A DNA stretch of 64,000 nt from Pirellulales bacterium (GTDB lineage Bacteria; Planctomycetota; Planctomycetia; Pirellulales; JALHPA01), in the NCBI GenBank assembly GCA_033762255.1, contig JANRLT010000030.1:11209-75208 (forward strand), written 5' to 3'. Below, in pieces: positions 63,150 through 64,000 of the stretch. The position numbers were made by a program, and so were the translations under genes. Position 1 is the stretch's first letter; every line of letters starts with the position of its first letter. The notes below the pieces were generated by a model. The model was not told where the DNA came from. It searched no databases and saw nothing but the letters and a program-made list of their open reading frames with translations.

Positions 63150-64000
63150 ATGCCACCACCCACGTTGACACTCAGTTTTTTGCCGGGGGACCTGGCGCAG
63201 ATCGCCATTGCCGACCCGCACCGCGGCGCAAACATCCTTAGCTCGAGCGTCTTGGCCGAACTGGTCGACATTTTGGACAAGCTGCGCGAGCGCTCGGACC
63301 TGGCCGGTTTGATTCTCATTTCTAGTAAGCCCGGCAGCTTTTTTGCCGGGGCGGACCTGCGGGAACTCGCGGCCAAATTTGACACGCCCACGGAGCGGAT
63401 TTTTGACTATTGCCAGCGCGGTCGAAGGCTCTTTGCCCAGTTGGGGGAGCTTCCGTTTCCCACGCTGGCGGCGATTTCCGGCCTGGCCCTGGGCGGAGGG
63501 GCCGAACTGGCCCTGTGGTGCGATTATCGCATCCTGGCGGACAACCCCCAAACGGCAATCGGCTTTCCGGAGGTAAAAATCGGCCTGATCCCCGGCTGGG
63601 GAGGAACTTTTACCGCGGCGCGTCTGGCGGGTCTTGGCCCCGCGGTCGAAATGATCTGCGGCGGCGAACCGCTTCCCGCGGCCAAAGCGCACAAGTTGGG
63701 GCTGGCCGACGCCTGTGTCCCCAGCGGCGAACTAGCAACCGCGGCGAGGGAATTTTTACTCTTGCAGCACGGGGGACCGGCACAGTTGGCCAAGTTACGC
63801 CAGCAAAAATTTGCCCCGCTGGCGTATGATCCCGTCGAATTGACATTTTTGCGGCATACCGCGCAGGCGCACATTCAAAGCCAGACCCAGGGGCATTATC
63901 CTGCTCCGCTGGATGCGCTAGATGTCATTTGCCAATCGGTCGGTTTGACGCGGGAAGTGGCCTGCGATCTGGCCGGGAGGCGGATGGCGGAGTTGGTTGG
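63150..64000 (+). CDS. Fatty-acid oxidation multifunctional protein (enoyl-CoA hydratase/3-hydroxyacyl-CoA dehydrogenase, FadB/FadJ-like), N-terminal part only
   Basis: Not in the track because it runs off the 3' edge. My own translation from ATG at 63150 reads MPPPTLTLSFLPGDLAQIAIADP...ISSKPGSFFAGADLRELA...GGGAELALWCDYRI...GFPEVKIGLIPGWGG, which is a crotonase fold. Confidence 0.8.
   Translation, partial: MPPPTLTLSFLPGDLAQIAIADPHRGANILSSSVLAELVDILDKLRERSDLAGLILISSKPGSFFAGADLRELAAKFDTPTERIFDYCQRGRRLFAQLGELPFPTLAAISGLALGGGAELALWCDYRILADNPQTAIGFPEVKIGLIPGWGGTFTAARLAGLGPAVEMICGGEPLPAAKAHKLGLADACVPSGELATAAREFLLLQHGGPAQLAKLRQQKFAPLAYDPVELTFLRHTAQAHIQSQTQGHYPAPLDALDVICQSVGLTREVACDLAGRRMAELV

Overview
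This 64-kb window looks like a chromosomal segment from a GC-rich genome; hand counts give about 37 G+C per 60 nt in typical genes. I infer a Planctomycetota/Pirellulales-like source from four traits: a TPR-fronted secretin, an RFENLEPR-type N-terminus on a giant secreted protease, a PEP-CTERM tail, and dense palindromic intergenic repeats. All calls rest on reading the translations and DNA by eye. No database search was run, so every family name is motif-level recognition. About 54 CDS and one tRNA-Arg(CCG) can be supported. The housekeeping core is lepA, serS, clpS, mtaB, glmS, kdsB, argB-argD-argF, suhB, ygiQ, UDP-sugar enzymes and PPK2. There is a non-phosphorylative L-fucose-like sugar-acid cluster at 28.3-35.5 kb. 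There is also a small KAS-ACP-flavoenzyme module and an envelope-glycan group (WbqC-like, GNAT, large polytopic membrane protein). The ORF track translates GTG/TTG starts as M, so many track ORFs are N-terminally over-extended; I moved starts to the first plausible ATG where stated. Two edge-truncated genes are missing from the track: a secretin at 1-2266 (-) and a FadB/FadJ-like gene at 63150-64000 (+). I found no CRISPR array, integrase, transposase or rRNA. The observations most worth follow-up are:
- a 2.6-kb low-GC islet (56.8-59.4 kb) with a nuclease-like ORF, an ankyrin ORF and a secreted ORF;
- a SocA/Panacea-like-DUF488 fusion protein;
- several families of interspersed palindromic/MITE-like repeats;
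- the same type of hairpin amplified in frame inside ygiQ;
- a PhrB/CryB-type photolyase homolog that appears to lack the CxxC Fe-S ligands and is coupled to a polytopic membrane protein;
- a PEP-CTERM-anchored animal-type haem peroxidase;
- an orphan intrinsic terminator suggesting a small RNA.
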